A stretch of DNA of 63,494 bases, filler included, from Candidatus Babelota bacterium (GCA_017999075.1; 6 parts of 6 records of this genome joined end to end with filler, not necessarily neighbours in it); one strand, 5' to 3'; counted from the whole stretch's first letter, positions 30,714 through 41,946 are shown. Notes: generated by a model not told the origin, from the sequence alone. Program-made: numbers and translations.

Positions 30714-31655
30714 ATGACAACAAAAACAAATTTTTTTAATGAGTTGAATTGCAAAGTATGCGGTTCTTCAAAATATGAAATCATATACGAATCTTTATAT
30801 CCGGAGAATATTTCCGAAGAAGAATTGAGAAAATCATTTATGGCTTCAAGCGATAGAAAACTTCTGGACAGGCTTGTGAGATGCGGGGATTGCGGGTTTG
30901 TTTATATAAATCCTCAGCTTGCCCCTGAACTTATTGTCAGTTCATATTCCGGAGCAGTTGATGAAACGTTTGTTTCGCAAAATGCGAGCAGAATAATAAC
31001 ATTTAAAAATTCGTTTAAAAAAGTTATTAATAAATTGGGGATAACTGATACTTCGAAATATAAAGTTCTTGACATAGGATGTGCTGGCGGAGCTTTTCCT
31101 AAAGCTGCGTTTGATCTTGGATTTGAAATCACAGGGATAGAGCCTTCTAAATGGCTTTCAGAATACGGCCGGACACAATATAATATAGATATCAGAACAG
31201 GGACTCTAGAATCTCATGATTTTCAAGAAAGACAGTTTGATATCATAACATTATGGGATGTATTGGAACATATAAGTTGTCCTGAAATGACTTTAATTAA
31301 AATTGATAAATTACTGAAAGATAGCGGCCGTCTTGTTTTAACTTATCCTGATATAAACAGTTTCACTTCAAGGATACTTGGTAAAAACTGGCCGTTTTTA
31401 TTAAGTGTTCATCTGTATTATTTTAACAGAAAAACAATCAGGAAATTTCTTGAAAAATATGGATATGAAGTTGAGTATGTTTCGCCGTACTGGCAGTCGT
31501 TAGAGTTAGGCTACATTTTGAAACGAGCAGCAAATTATTTTAAATTATTCAGTATATTTTGTAAATTAAGCAAAATCGCAGGAATTTCAGGATTACCTTT
31601 AAAATATAATATGGGACAGACTCTTGTAATAGCGCGTAGAAAAAATAAAATATAA
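30714..31655 (+). CDS. Class I SAM methyltransferase with N-terminal zinc-binding motif
   Basis: CKVC...CGDC, LDIGCAGG, WDVLEH, HLYYF. Confidence 0.88.
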   Translation: MTTKTNFFNELNCKVCGSSKYEIIYESLYPENISEEELRKSFMASSDRKLLDRLVRCGDCGFVYINPQLAPELIVSSYSGAVDETFVSQNASRIITFKNSFKKVINKLGITDTSKYKVLDIGCAGGAFPKAAFDLGFEITGIEPSKWLSEYGRTQYNIDIRTGTLESHDFQERQFDIITLWDVLEHISCPEMTLIKIDKLLKDSGRLVLTYPDINSFTSRILGKNWPFLLSVHLYYFNRKTIRKFLEKYGYEVEYVSPYWQSLELGYILKRAANYFKLFSIFCKLSKIAGISGLPLKYNMGQTLVIARRKNKI

Positions 31656-31707
31656 TTTTTATAATGGATTTAAACAATCGGCTGACAATAATGAGTTTAA
31701 TTTAATT

Positions 31708-31909
31708 ATGATACCAAAAAATATTAAAGCTGTAATTTTTGATATGGACGGAGTATTGATGCTGTCGTGCGGATGCCATGAATCTGCATTCAGGAAAGTT
31801 TTGTCTGGTATAGGAATTGAAATGGAAGACTATCAAGAATATGCGGGAATGAGAACTGATGAAGTTTTTTATTCTGAATTGATAAAAAATAAATATTGCG
31901 ATTGTTCAG
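31708..31909 (+). CDS. HAD-family phosphatase (3'-truncated)
   Basis: AVIFDMDGVL (HAD motif I). Confidence 0.85.
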
Positions 31910-32009
31910 NNNNNNNNNNNNNNNNNNNNNNNNNNNNNNNNNNNNNNNNNNNNTTAATTAATTAANNNNNNNNNNNNNNNNNNNNNNNNNNNNNNNNNNN
32001 NNNNNNNNN
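31910..32009. other. Artificial contig spacer
   Basis: N-run/TTAATTAATTAA/N-run. Confidence 0.99.
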
Positions 32010-32011
32010 GC

Positions 32012-33220
32012 TGGATTGGAAAATATGCAGAAGCAGAAAAAATACTGATGAATATTATAAATAAATATCCCGAATAATATGAAGCGTATGTTAGCCTCGC
32101 CAGAATTTATTTCTGGCAAAATAGGTATAATGAAGCCGAACAATTTATTAATAAATTATTGTTATTAAAACCTGACGACACTGAATCAAAAAAAGTTCTT
32201 GAGCAAATCAAATATCAAAAGCAAATTGTTTATAATAAAAATATTTTCATAGATAATATTCTTTCCAGCCGCAACGATAACAAACAGATAAATTTTATTA
32301 ATCCTTCATTAGGACAAAAACTTGATCTTTATTTTTCTGTAAATATTTTAAGAGATTACGAGCCTTTGCTGAATAAGTATCCTTACAAAGAAATTACTTT
32401 TAAAACAGGCGCAGGTTATAATAGTTTTTATAAAAAAAATCCAGTATCGATTTATTTAAAAAAAGGCATTCTGAAGCAGATTAACGATAATACCGGAGAA
32501 AATGAATATTCTCTTAGCATTAATTCATTGACATTAAAATCATCGTATTCTTTTAACAAAACTCATTTGACAACTGTTTTGAATTTAAATCAAAATAATA
32601 ATCAGGGACCATCTTATTTTAAAACTTCAAATGATTGTATTAGATTAAGACCGTTCTTACTTTTAAATAATGAAATAAGTGAAAATTACAAAATTTATAC
32701 TTCTTATTCTTCGGAAGACTGGTATAGAAAATCGTCAAATTCAAACAATCTATTTATAGAAAGCTTACATACTTTTTCCATATCTAATTTATTCATAAGT
32801 AAAAAAACTTATTATTCTCTTGATATGTCAAGATCAGTATATTCAAAAGACTCAGTTCGTAATTATACAGATTACATTTTTCAGGCAGATAAATTATTGA
32901 CGAGCTCGTTAAAAAAAGAATTACGTTTGATTTTAAAATATAAATACAGGGATTATAAAAATTCAAATCTGCATTTTTATTACTTTAAGACATTTTATTC
33001 ATTTAATCAATTGAATAATTCAAAAATTAAATATGGATGCAGTTATGAATTTAATTTGATTAAACCATACACTACAACAGGTCATAAATTAGAAACAAAT
33101 TTAACTTATAAATTGAATGAAAAAATAAATGTTTCGATTGAAACTGATTTTCTTTTTTATACGGCAAAAGATAAAGACAGAGAATTAAATACTTTTTTGA
33201 AATTAGACTATAAATATTAA
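32012..33220 (+). CDS. TPR-repeat protein with probable C-terminal outer-membrane beta-barrel (5'-truncated)
   Basis: The frame is open from the contig start: WIGKYAEAEKIL..YPEYNEAYVSLARIYFWQNRYNEA (TPR). The C-terminal half is Tyr/Ser-rich and amphipathic and ends FLKLDYKY, like a BAM signal. Confidence 0.6.
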
Positions 33221-33226
33221 AAACTT

Positions 33227-36200
33227 ATGTTTATAATTTATTTGATTTTGTCTGTAATTTTAAATTTTATAAATGTTCCGCTGCTGTTTGGAGTTGATAT
33301 GCTGTTCGGCGGAATTTTTGTATTCTATATTTTGCAAACTTATGGTTTGAAAAAAGCTCTTATCGCATCTTTTGTTTCTGCTGCAGTAACCTTTTATCAT
33401 TGGAATCATTTTTATGCAATTATAATATTTTTTTGCGAAACGCTATTCGTAGGATTGTTATACCAAAAAACTAAAAACATTGTTATAAATAATTTATTTT
33501 ATTGGACTTTTGCAGGTTCGCCGTTAGTAATAATATTTTATAAATTTTTATTAAACCATTCATGGAATTCAGTAACTATAATTGTTTTAAAACAGGCGAT
33601 AAACGGAATATTTAATTCTTTAATTGCATTTTTGATTTATAGTTTAATAATGCCTCTTTTCTCAAAAAATGAAAAAAGATTGCTGAAATTACAGGTTATT
33701 TTATTTAATATTATGGTATTGTTTATTTTGCTGCCTGCATTACTTATTATAATTAATTCTTCAGAAAATCAATTCGCTCAGATAGAGGGTGAAATTAAAC
33801 ATGATCTCGAATTATCAATTCATAATCATTCAGATTACTTGAATAAATGGTTCGATGAAAAATTGTTTTTATTAAATCAAACAGCTCTAAAATATACTTC
33901 ACAACAAAAAAATGTATCCGAAATGCAGAAAGATTTGGAGTTATTAAAATCAACAAACAATGATTTTCATAATATGTATATAGCTGATTCTACAGCTAAA
34001 ACCATAGCATTTTTTCCTATTGTAAATGAAAAAGGGCAATACAATATAGGCAGAAATTTCAGTGACAGGAATTATTTTAAAAAACTTGTTGAAACAAAAT
34101 CTCCGGTAATATCGGAAATATTTATAGGAAGAGGCGGAGTTTTCAAGCCGATAATAACAATTAGTTCGCCTATTATAAAGAATGGAGATTTCTATGGATA
34201 TATTCTTGCCGCAGTTAATATTGATGAAATCAGAGACACAATAAAAAAATTTTACCAAAAATTTAATATTGATATGATTTTAATTGACGATTTGAAAAAT
34301 ATAGTTTTTTCAACCGGAGACAATTATAAACAATTAGAAAAATTCGATGATTTCGATAAATACGATAAATATTATTTTAATGAAAATCTTTATAAAATAA
34401 CCCCAAAATTTTCTATAAATGTTTCTCCAGTTCAGCGTTGGGCAAAAACAAATTATATATATAAAACCAAATTAAATAATAATTGGGAGTTGTATGCTCT
34501 GCTAAAAAGCGAGCCTTTTCAGGCGCAATTATTTAAATACAACACCCAAAAAATGATTATAGTTTTGTTGCTTATAGTTTTTGCAATTATAATAGCTCAT
34601 TATACGACAAAATCTTTAATTTTTGATATTGGTCAGCTTAATATCATAACTGAAAATATTCCTGATAGACTTAATACCAATCAGCCGATAAATTGGGTGA
34701 ATTCAAAATTTGAGGAATTCAATAATCTTAACAGCCGTTTCAAAAATATGGCTGGAAAATTAAAAGAATATATTTTTGCTTTAAAAGAAAATCAGGAATT
34801 GCTTGAATCCCGTATTGCAGAGCGGACTTCAGAATTGGAATCTGCATATAAAAAATTACAGATTGAAACTTATGAAAATAAACTTTTAATTAATAAACTT
34901 AAACTTCGTGACCGTGCCATAGAAGCATCAAACGACGGGATCATTATAACTGATGCATTGAATGATAATGCTATAATTTTTGTAAATAAAGTTTTTGAAA
35001 AAATAACAGGATACGCTTCACATGAAGTGCTTGGAAAAAATCCGCGTTTTTTACAAGGTAAAAACACAGATTCTGAAAGCTTAAAAATAATAAGGAATGC
35101 TATAAAAAATAATGAATCGATAACTATTGAACTTCTTAATTATAAAAAAGACCGAAGCCAGTATTGGAATCTTCTATCAATAGCTCCTATAAAAGATGAA
35201 AATGATATTACGACAAATTTTGTAGGGACGCAATCTGATATAAGTTTATTGAAAGAAAATCAATTGCGTATAAATGCGATACTGGCAACAGCTACTGAAG
35301 CTATTATTACAATTTATGACAATGGAACAATTGAATTATTCAATAATGCCGCAGAAAAAATATTTGGATACAAAGCGGAAGAAGTTATTGGAAAAAGTTT
35401 TAAAATGCTGATACCTCCAGAGTATGCTGATAAACACGATAATTATATAAAAAATTATGATGCCGTAAAAAAAATTATCGGAACATCTAAAGAAGTTAAA
35501 GCCCTTCGTAAAAACGGAGAAATATTCTATGCTGAATTGTCAATAAGTGAAATAAATTTGAATAATAAAATAACATATACGGGTATTTTACGCGATATAT
35601 CAGATAGAAAACAATTTGAAAAAAAATTAAAAGAAGCAAAACTGATTGCAGAAACAGCCAATCAGGCAAAAAGCGCATTTCTTGCTTCAATAAGTCACGA
35701 GATAAGAACTCCGATGAATGCTATAGTCAGTATGTCTCATTTTCTTGAAAAAACAGGATTATCTCAAGAACAGCACGAATTTATAAATGTTTTGAAAAAT
35801 TCAAGTGAAAATTTATTGCTTATTATTGAACAAATTCTTGATATATCTAAACTTGAAAATATAAAAATCAAACTTGAACCAGCGCCGTTTGAATTCAGAG
35901 AAATAATTATAAAACCAGTTTCAATACTGGATGTAAAATTTAAAGAAAAAAAATTAAAATTTGAGTATGATATAGATAGTAATATTCCTGAAATTTTAAT
36001 AGGCGATTTATTAAGGTTAAAACAGATATTAATGAATATATTGTCCAATGCAATTAAATTCACTGAAACCGGATTTGTCAGATTAGAAGTTAAAATGATT
36101 GAAAAAAATTCTGAAGTTTGCGAGGTGATGTTTATTGTTACTGACACAGGAATAGGAGTTCCTGAAAATATGAAAACTGTAATATTCGATAAATTTATGC

Positions 36201-37225
36201 AGGCGGATATTTCTGTTTCGAGAAAATTCGGCGGAACAGGGCTTGGACTTTCAATTACCAAAGAACTTATAAACATGATGTCAGGAAATATTTGGGTGGA
36301 AGATAATAAGCCGCATGGAAGTATTTTTAAGTTTAATATTAAATTCCAGATTCCTTCGCACGAAGAAATAAAAACTGTTAACGAAAATTACAACAGAAAA
36401 TTTGAAAATCTGATAACTGAAAATAATTATAAAATACTAATTGCTGAAGACGATAAAACCAATCAGTTTATTTTAAAAAACTTGTTGAAAAATTATAAAA
36501 ATATAAATTATATTTTAAGTGAAAATGGATTAGATGCGGTAGAAAAATTTATTAACGATAAATTTGATTTAATACTTATGGATGTTAATATGCCAGTTAT
36601 GGACGGATTGACTGCGGTCCGGAAAATAAGGGAACACGAAGAACATCAAAATATAACCAGACCTGTTTCTATCATACTTTTTACAGCTACTACGATAGAA
36701 CAATTCAGTGATAAAATAGAAGTTTTAAATATTTCGGATTATATTTTAAAACCTATAATTCCTGATAATTTTTATAAAAAAATCGGAGAAGCGTTAAAAT
36801 ATTCTTTCTCTGAAAAATTACCAAATAAAGATTCAGAAGGCATAACCAAAAAAATTATAAATGAATTAACTGATTACGGAAAAGGTATACTGGATGTGGA
36901 AAAAGCATTGAATAATATTGATGAAGAAATAGAATTGTATTTGATTTTAATAAACCAATATTTTGATGACTACGGTTCAAAATTAGATGAAATTAAAAAT
37001 GTTTTTCAAAATAAAATATACGATAAAATGATTTTTATTTCTCATAAGTTGGTTACTGCTTCTGCAAATATCGGAGCATATAAACTTTCTTCATTCTCAA
37101 AACAAATTGAAAATATGCTGAACGAAGAAAAAGAGTTGGATAATCAATTATATGTCTCTTTTATTGATGAATATATAAAAATCAATAAATGTATATCTGA
37201 GATTAAAAAAAAATATGAATTATAA
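33227..37225 (+). CDS. Membrane hybrid histidine kinase (TM, dCache, LOV-like PAS, heme-type PAS, HisKA, HATPase, REC, Hpt)
   Basis: FSDRNYF (Cache), GKNPRFLQG, KHDNYI, SHEIRTPMN, NAIKFT, GGTGLGL, LMDVNMP, ISHKL. Confidence 0.93.
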   Translation: MFIIYLILSVILNFINVPLLFGVDMLFGGIFVFYILQTYGLKKALIASFVSAAVTFYHWNHFYAIIIFFCETLFVGLLYQKTKNIVINNLFYWTFAGSPLVIIFYKFLLNHSWNSVTIIVLKQAINGIFNSLIAFLIYSLIMPLFSKNEKRLLKLQVILFNIMVLFILLPALLIIINSSENQFAQIEGEIKHDLELSIHNHSDYLNKWFDEKLFLLNQTALKYTSQQKNVSEMQKDLELLKSTNNDFHNMYIADSTAKTIAFFPIVNEKGQYNIGRNFSDRNYFKKLVETKSPVISEIFIGRGGVFKPIITISSPIIKNGDFYGYILAAVNIDEIRDTIKKFYQKFNIDMILIDDLKNIVFSTGDNYKQLEKFDDFDKYDKYYFNENLYKITPKFSINVSPVQRWAKTNYIYKTKLNNNWELYALLKSEPFQAQLFKYNTQKMIIVLLLIVFAIIIAHYTTKSLIFDIGQLNIITENIPDRLNTNQPINWVNSKFEEFNNLNSRFKNMAGKLKEYIFALKENQELLESRIAERTSELESAYKKLQIETYENKLLINKLKLRDRAIEASNDGIIITDALNDNAIIFVNKVFEKITGYASHEVLGKNPRFLQGKNTDSESLKIIRNAIKNNESITIELLNYKKDRSQYWNLLSIAPIKDENDITTNFVGTQSDISLLKENQLRINAILATATEAIITIYDNGTIELFNNAAEKIFGYKAEEVIGKSFKMLIPPEYADKHDNYIKNYDAVKKIIGTSKEVKALRKNGEIFYAELSISEINLNNKITYTGILRDISDRKQFEKKLKEAKLIAETANQAKSAFLASISHEIRTPMNAIVSMSHFLEKTGLSQEQHEFINVLKNSSENLLLIIEQILDISKLENIKIKLEPAPFEFREIIIKPVSILDVKFKEKKLKFEYDIDSNIPEILIGDLLRLKQILMNILSNAIKFTETGFVRLEVKMIEKNSEVCEVMFIVTDTGIGVPENMKTVIFDKFMQADISVSRKFGGTGLGLSITKELINMMSGNIWVEDNKPHGSIFKFNIKFQIPSHEEIKTVNENYNRKFENLITENNYKILIAEDDKTNQFILKNLLKNYKNINYILSENGLDAVEKFINDKFDLILMDVNMPVMDGLTAVRKIREHEEHQNITRPVSIILFTATTIEQFSDKIEVLNISDYILKPIIPDNFYKKIGEALKYSFSEKLPNKDSEGITKKIINELTDYGKGILDVEKALNNIDEEIELYLILINQYFDDYGSKLDEIKNVFQNKIYDKMIFISHKLVTASANIGAYKLSSFSKQIENMLNEEKELDNQLYVSFIDEYIKINKCISEIKKKYEL

Positions 37226-40200
37226 ATTATATAAACAATTAATAAACAATTTGCCTGTAGGTTATGCATATCATAAAATTATTCTTGACGATTCTGGAAA
37301 TCCGGCAGATTATGAATTTTTAGAGGTTAACCCCGCTTTTGAAAAGTTTACAGGATTGTCATCATCAAATTTAATTAATAAAAAAATAACTGATGTTATT
37401 CCTGGTTTTCGTAATGATAAATTTGATTGGATTAAATTTTACGGCAATATCGCTATAAACGGTGGGGAAACAGAATTAGAACAATTTTTCCAGCCGTTTA
37501 ATAAATGGTATAAAATAAATGTATCTTCTCCTGAAAAATTTTATTTTGTAACCGTATTTGTGGATATTACAAAAGAAAAAAACGAATTAAATGAATTGGA
37601 TAATTTTTTTTCGGTTAATTTGGATTTATTGTGTATTGCAGATGTGGAAGGGAATTTTATAAAAATAAATAAAGAGTGGGAAAAAATTTTAGGTTATCCT
37701 GAGTCTGAACTGATGAAAAAAAAATTCATTGATTTTATTCATCCGGACGATCTTGAAAAAACATTCGATGCAATTTCTCAACTTAAAAATGAAAATGAAG
37801 TTTTGAATTTTGTAAATAGATACAGATGTATTGATGGAACATACAGGTATCTGGAATGGAAATCAGTTCCTTTTAAAAATTTAATTTACGCTGCTGCGCG
37901 GGATATTACATTATCTAAAATGTCCCAACTTGAATATAACGGTATAATTAATACGACAAAAGACGGATTTTGGATTAGTGATCTGCATGGACAAATAATT
38001 GATGTAAATAATTCATACTGTGAAATGACAGGATATGCCAAAGATGAGCTGTTAAACCTGAATATATCTGATATCGAAGCGGTGGAAAACCCTGAAGAAA
38101 TTGAAAAACAAAAACGCATAAAAAAAATACTGTCTGAAGGATTTGACAGGTTTGAAACAAAACATAAAAAAAAAACGGCAATTCAATAGAAGTGGAAATC
38201 AGCGTTAATTATATTTCCGAACCTAAAGGTCGCCTTATAGTTTTTGTTAGAGATATAACTGAAAGAAAAATGTTTGAAAATGATTTATTGAAAGAAAGGT
38301 TTCGTCTTTCAGAAATAATAAGAGGCACAAATGTTGGAACATGGGAATGGAATATTCAGACTGGTGAAACAATATTTAATGAACAATGGGCTGAAATAAT
38401 CGGCTATAAATTGGATGAACTCATGCCTGTATCAATTAAAACATGGATTGATTTTGCTCACCCGGAAGATTTGAAAAAAAGCGGCGAACTTTTAGAAAAA
38501 CATTTTAAAGGAGAACTGGAATATTATGAAATCGAAAGCAGAATGAAACATAAAAACGGCAGCTGGGTTTGGGTGCTTGACAGAGGGAAAATATCAAAAT
38601 GGACTGAAGACAGAAAACCTCTTTTAATGTTTGGAACACATCAGAATATTACAGACAGAAAATATGCTGAAGAAGCTTTAAAACAAAGTGAAAAAAAATT
38701 CCGCACATTTTTTGAAAACAATCCTGCGCTTATTAAAATAAGCAAACTTCCGGAACGTATAATTACCGAAGTTAATAATGCATTTTTAAATAAAACAGGT
38801 TATACTAAAAGCGAAATTATAGGTAAAAGATCAGAAGATGTTAACCTTTTTGTATATACCGATGCTGATAAAAAAATTTTTATAGATAATAATCTAAAAG
38901 AAAAAGGGAAAATAGATAATATCGAATTAATAATACAAGCTAAAAACGCAAATATGCTTGAAGTTATATTTTTTGGAGAAATAATAGAAAGCCAAGGGGA
39001 CAAGTATTTAATGACTGTTATGTCCGATATAACAGAACAAAAAAAAGCTGAACGTGCTGCAATTGCAGCTGATAACGCTAAATCTGATTTTCTTGCCAAT
39101 ATAAGCCATGAAATCAGAACTCCGCTGAACGCGATAGTCAGTATGTCTCATTTCCTTGAAAAAACAGGATTAACTCCTGAGCAAAGCGAATATATTGGTG
39201 TTTTGAATACGGCAAGTGAAAATTTATTATTTCTTATAGAACAAATTCTTGACATATCAAAGCTTGAAAAAATATATATGAAACTTGATAACGAAATTTT
39301 TGATATTAAAAATATAGTACAAAATATAATATCAATTATAAAACCGAAATTGAAAGAAAAACCGTTAAATTTTAATTTTAATATGGATAATGATATTCCT
39401 GCATTTGTCACAGGAGATCCTTTCAGAATAAAACAAATATTATTAAATCTTCTTTCTAATGCAATAAAATTTACTGAATCTGGAAAAATTGATTTTGATA
39501 TTAAATTATTAAATGAATCCAGTGATTCTTGTGAACTATTATTTTCTGTCGCAGATACTGGAATAGGTATGACTGATTTTCAAAAAAATATAATATTTAA
39601 TAAATTTACTCAGGCTGATTCGTCTATTTCAAAAAAATATGGCGGAACCGGACTTGGACTTTATATAGCAAAGGAATTAGTAAAACTAATGGGAGGGAAA
39701 ATACAAATAGAAGATAATAACCCCCATGGAAGTATTTTTAAGTTTAATATAAAATTAGGCGTGTCAAAAAAAGAAAAATTCCGAAATAGATACTTAAAAC
39801 AAAAATTGAATTATGAAACATTGCTGGCGCAAAAAAATTATTCAATTCTTGCCGCAGAGGACGATAAAACCAATCAGTTTATACTTAAAAATTTATTTAA
39901 AAATTATAAAAATATTTCTCTTTCAATCGCTTCAAACGGAATTGAAGCTGTAAATTTATTTAAAAATAATAATTTTGATTTGGTGCTTATGGATATAAAT
40001 ATGCCTAAAATGGACGGATTCACTGCTGCGCGAGAAATAAGAAAAATAGAAAAAAATTATGGAACTGCCACCATTCCCATAATGCTTTTTACAGCAACTA
40101 CAATTGAAAAATTAAACGACAACATTAAAGATTTAGAAATATACGGGTATATACTGAAACCTATTGAACCTTCTGATTTTTATGTTAAAATCAGTGAAGT

Positions 40201-40612
40201 CTTGAATTTTTCAACTGAAAGCGTTTATAAACCACAAAAAAAATCATCAGATATTTCAAAATTAAAAATTATATGCGGAAAAATAATTGATGTGGAAAAA
40301 GCTTTGAATAACATTGATTGGGAATTCGAATTGTATTTAAAACTCATAAATCTGTACATTAACGAATATACTTCCCAATCTGATATAATAAAAAAAATGT
40401 TTAAAGAAAAAGTATCGGATAAAATAATTTTTATTTCACATAAACTTATTACAGCTTCAGCTAATATCGGAGCTTATAATTTATCTGCATTATCAAAACA
40501 AATACAGGATACACTTAACGATAAAAAAAATGTCGGGACTGATTTGTATAATTTGTTTATAAATGAATTTGAAGATGTAAATAAGTGTGTTGTTCAAATA
40601 AAAAATATCTAA
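37215..40612 (+). CDS. Cytoplasmic multi-PAS hybrid histidine kinase split by a frameshift at A10 (38166-38175)
   Basis: ORFs 37215-38189 and 38192-40612 join inside a PAS/PAC domain. One extra A gives FETKHKKKNGNSIEVEISVNY. Downstream motifs SHEIRTPLN, REC LMDINMP and Hpt ISHKL. Confidence 0.85.
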
Positions 40613-40653
40613 CAATGTATTTTTTGGGATTATGTTATTTATATACCAATATT

Positions 40654-41262
40654 TTATTTTGATAAAATAAATTCAAGTATTGTGTCAGCCTGTTTAGCAG
40701 CAGCTATATTGACTTTCGGAGAAAAAGGAGGTAATGTCTCGCAGACTTGTGAAACTAGATCGCCTATTAAATAAAAATTTGGTTTGATTTTATGAATTGA
40801 TATTTCATCGCTTTTTCCTATGCCTGCTAATCCTGAAGCTGAAACAATAAATTTATTTGTTAATATAAATTTTTCAACTATCATTTTTTTTAATTCGGCT
40901 TTATCAACTGCTTCAGCAATTATCTGGCAATCTTGAAAAATTTTTTCGATATTGTTTTCTTCTAATTTAATTTCAACAGCAGTTATTTCTATATCAGGAT
41001 TTATTTTTAATAAATTCATTTTAAGCATTTCAACCTTAGATTTCCCGATTTGATCAAAAAAATAAAATTGCCTGTTTAAATTTTTTTCTTCAACAATATC
41101 AAAATCGCATATAACTAATTTTGTTATTCCGCTTCTAACAAGATTGAATGCGCAGTTTGAACCCAATCCGCCAGCTCCTGCTATTCCAACTTTAAATTTT
41201 TTTAGTTTTATAATATCTTGTTCAGAATAATAATTTTTTAAAGATTTTTCGAAAAAATTCAT
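40654..41262 (-). CDS. thiF: Sulfur-carrier protein adenylyltransferase, ThiF family (short type without Zn motif)
   Basis: GIAGAGGLGSN, DFDIVEEKNLNRQ, EAVD, SASGLAG, AAKQAD. Confidence 0.85.
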   Translation of the reverse strand: MNFFEKSLKNYYSEQDIIKLKKFKVGIAGAGGLGSNCAFNLVRSGITKLVICDFDIVEEKNLNRQFYFFDQIGKSKVEMLKMNLLKINPDIEITAVEIKLEENNIEKIFQDCQIIAEAVDKAELKKMIVEKFILTNKFIVSASGLAGIGKSDEISIHKIKPNFYLIGDLVSQVCETLPPFSPKVNIAAAKQADTILEFILSK

Positions 41263-41268
41263 ACTATA

Positions 41269-41946
41269 TTATCCCAGTTCTTCAAATTTCCAGTTTTGAC
41301 CATCAAGATCTTTTTTATTGTCAAAATCTTTTAATATGTTTTCATCATCAACTTCTATATATTTTATTGATTCTTTCTTGCTGTTTATTATTTCTTTAGA
41401 TATACTGTTGTCCGATGCATTTAACATTATATCAAAAATACTTTTATTTATTATTACCGGATGGCCTGCTTGATAATTATAGGATGGAATTATTATTTTA
41501 TTCTCTTCCAATGAGTTTAATAATTTTAAATAAGTATCAAGTTTTATAAATGGCGTATCGCATAATAAAATTAAAATATATTCAAATTTAATATTATTAT
41601 TTTTTATATATTTTAATCCGCATTTCAAGGAAGAAAATTGTCCATGTCTGTAATTTTCATTAGTAACAAACTTTATTTTTTTTAAAAAATTCAGGTGTTT
41701 TACTACAGTTTCACTTTTATGACCGGCTACGAAAATGATATGTTCAAATAAAAGATTAATTAAATTGCCATAAATATATTCTGTCAAATATTTTCCTTTA
41801 AATTTTATCAATGGTTTTGGATACCCGTTCATTCTTTCGGATAATCCTGCACCTAAAATTACTGCAACAATATTTTCAGTATTGAAATTCTGAATCAATT
41901 TTTTATCCCCTGTAATTTTTGGTATTATATTATAATTTCTTCCCAC
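41269..41946 (-). CDS. MocA/YgfJ-like nucleotidyltransferase
   Basis: ILGAGLSERM..PK, GQFSSLKCG, LCDTP, GHPV, DFD. Confidence 0.85.
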   Translation of the reverse strand: MGRNYNIIPKITGDKKLIQNFNTENIVAVILGAGLSERMNGYPKPLIKFKGKYLTEYIYGNLINLLFEHIIFVAGHKSETVVKHLNFLKKIKFVTNENYRHGQFSSLKCGLKYIKNNNIKFEYILILLCDTPFIKLDTYLKLLNSLEENKIIIPSYNYQAGHPVIINKSIFDIMLNASDNSISKEIINSKKESIKYIEVDDENILKDFDNKKDLDGQNWKFEELG

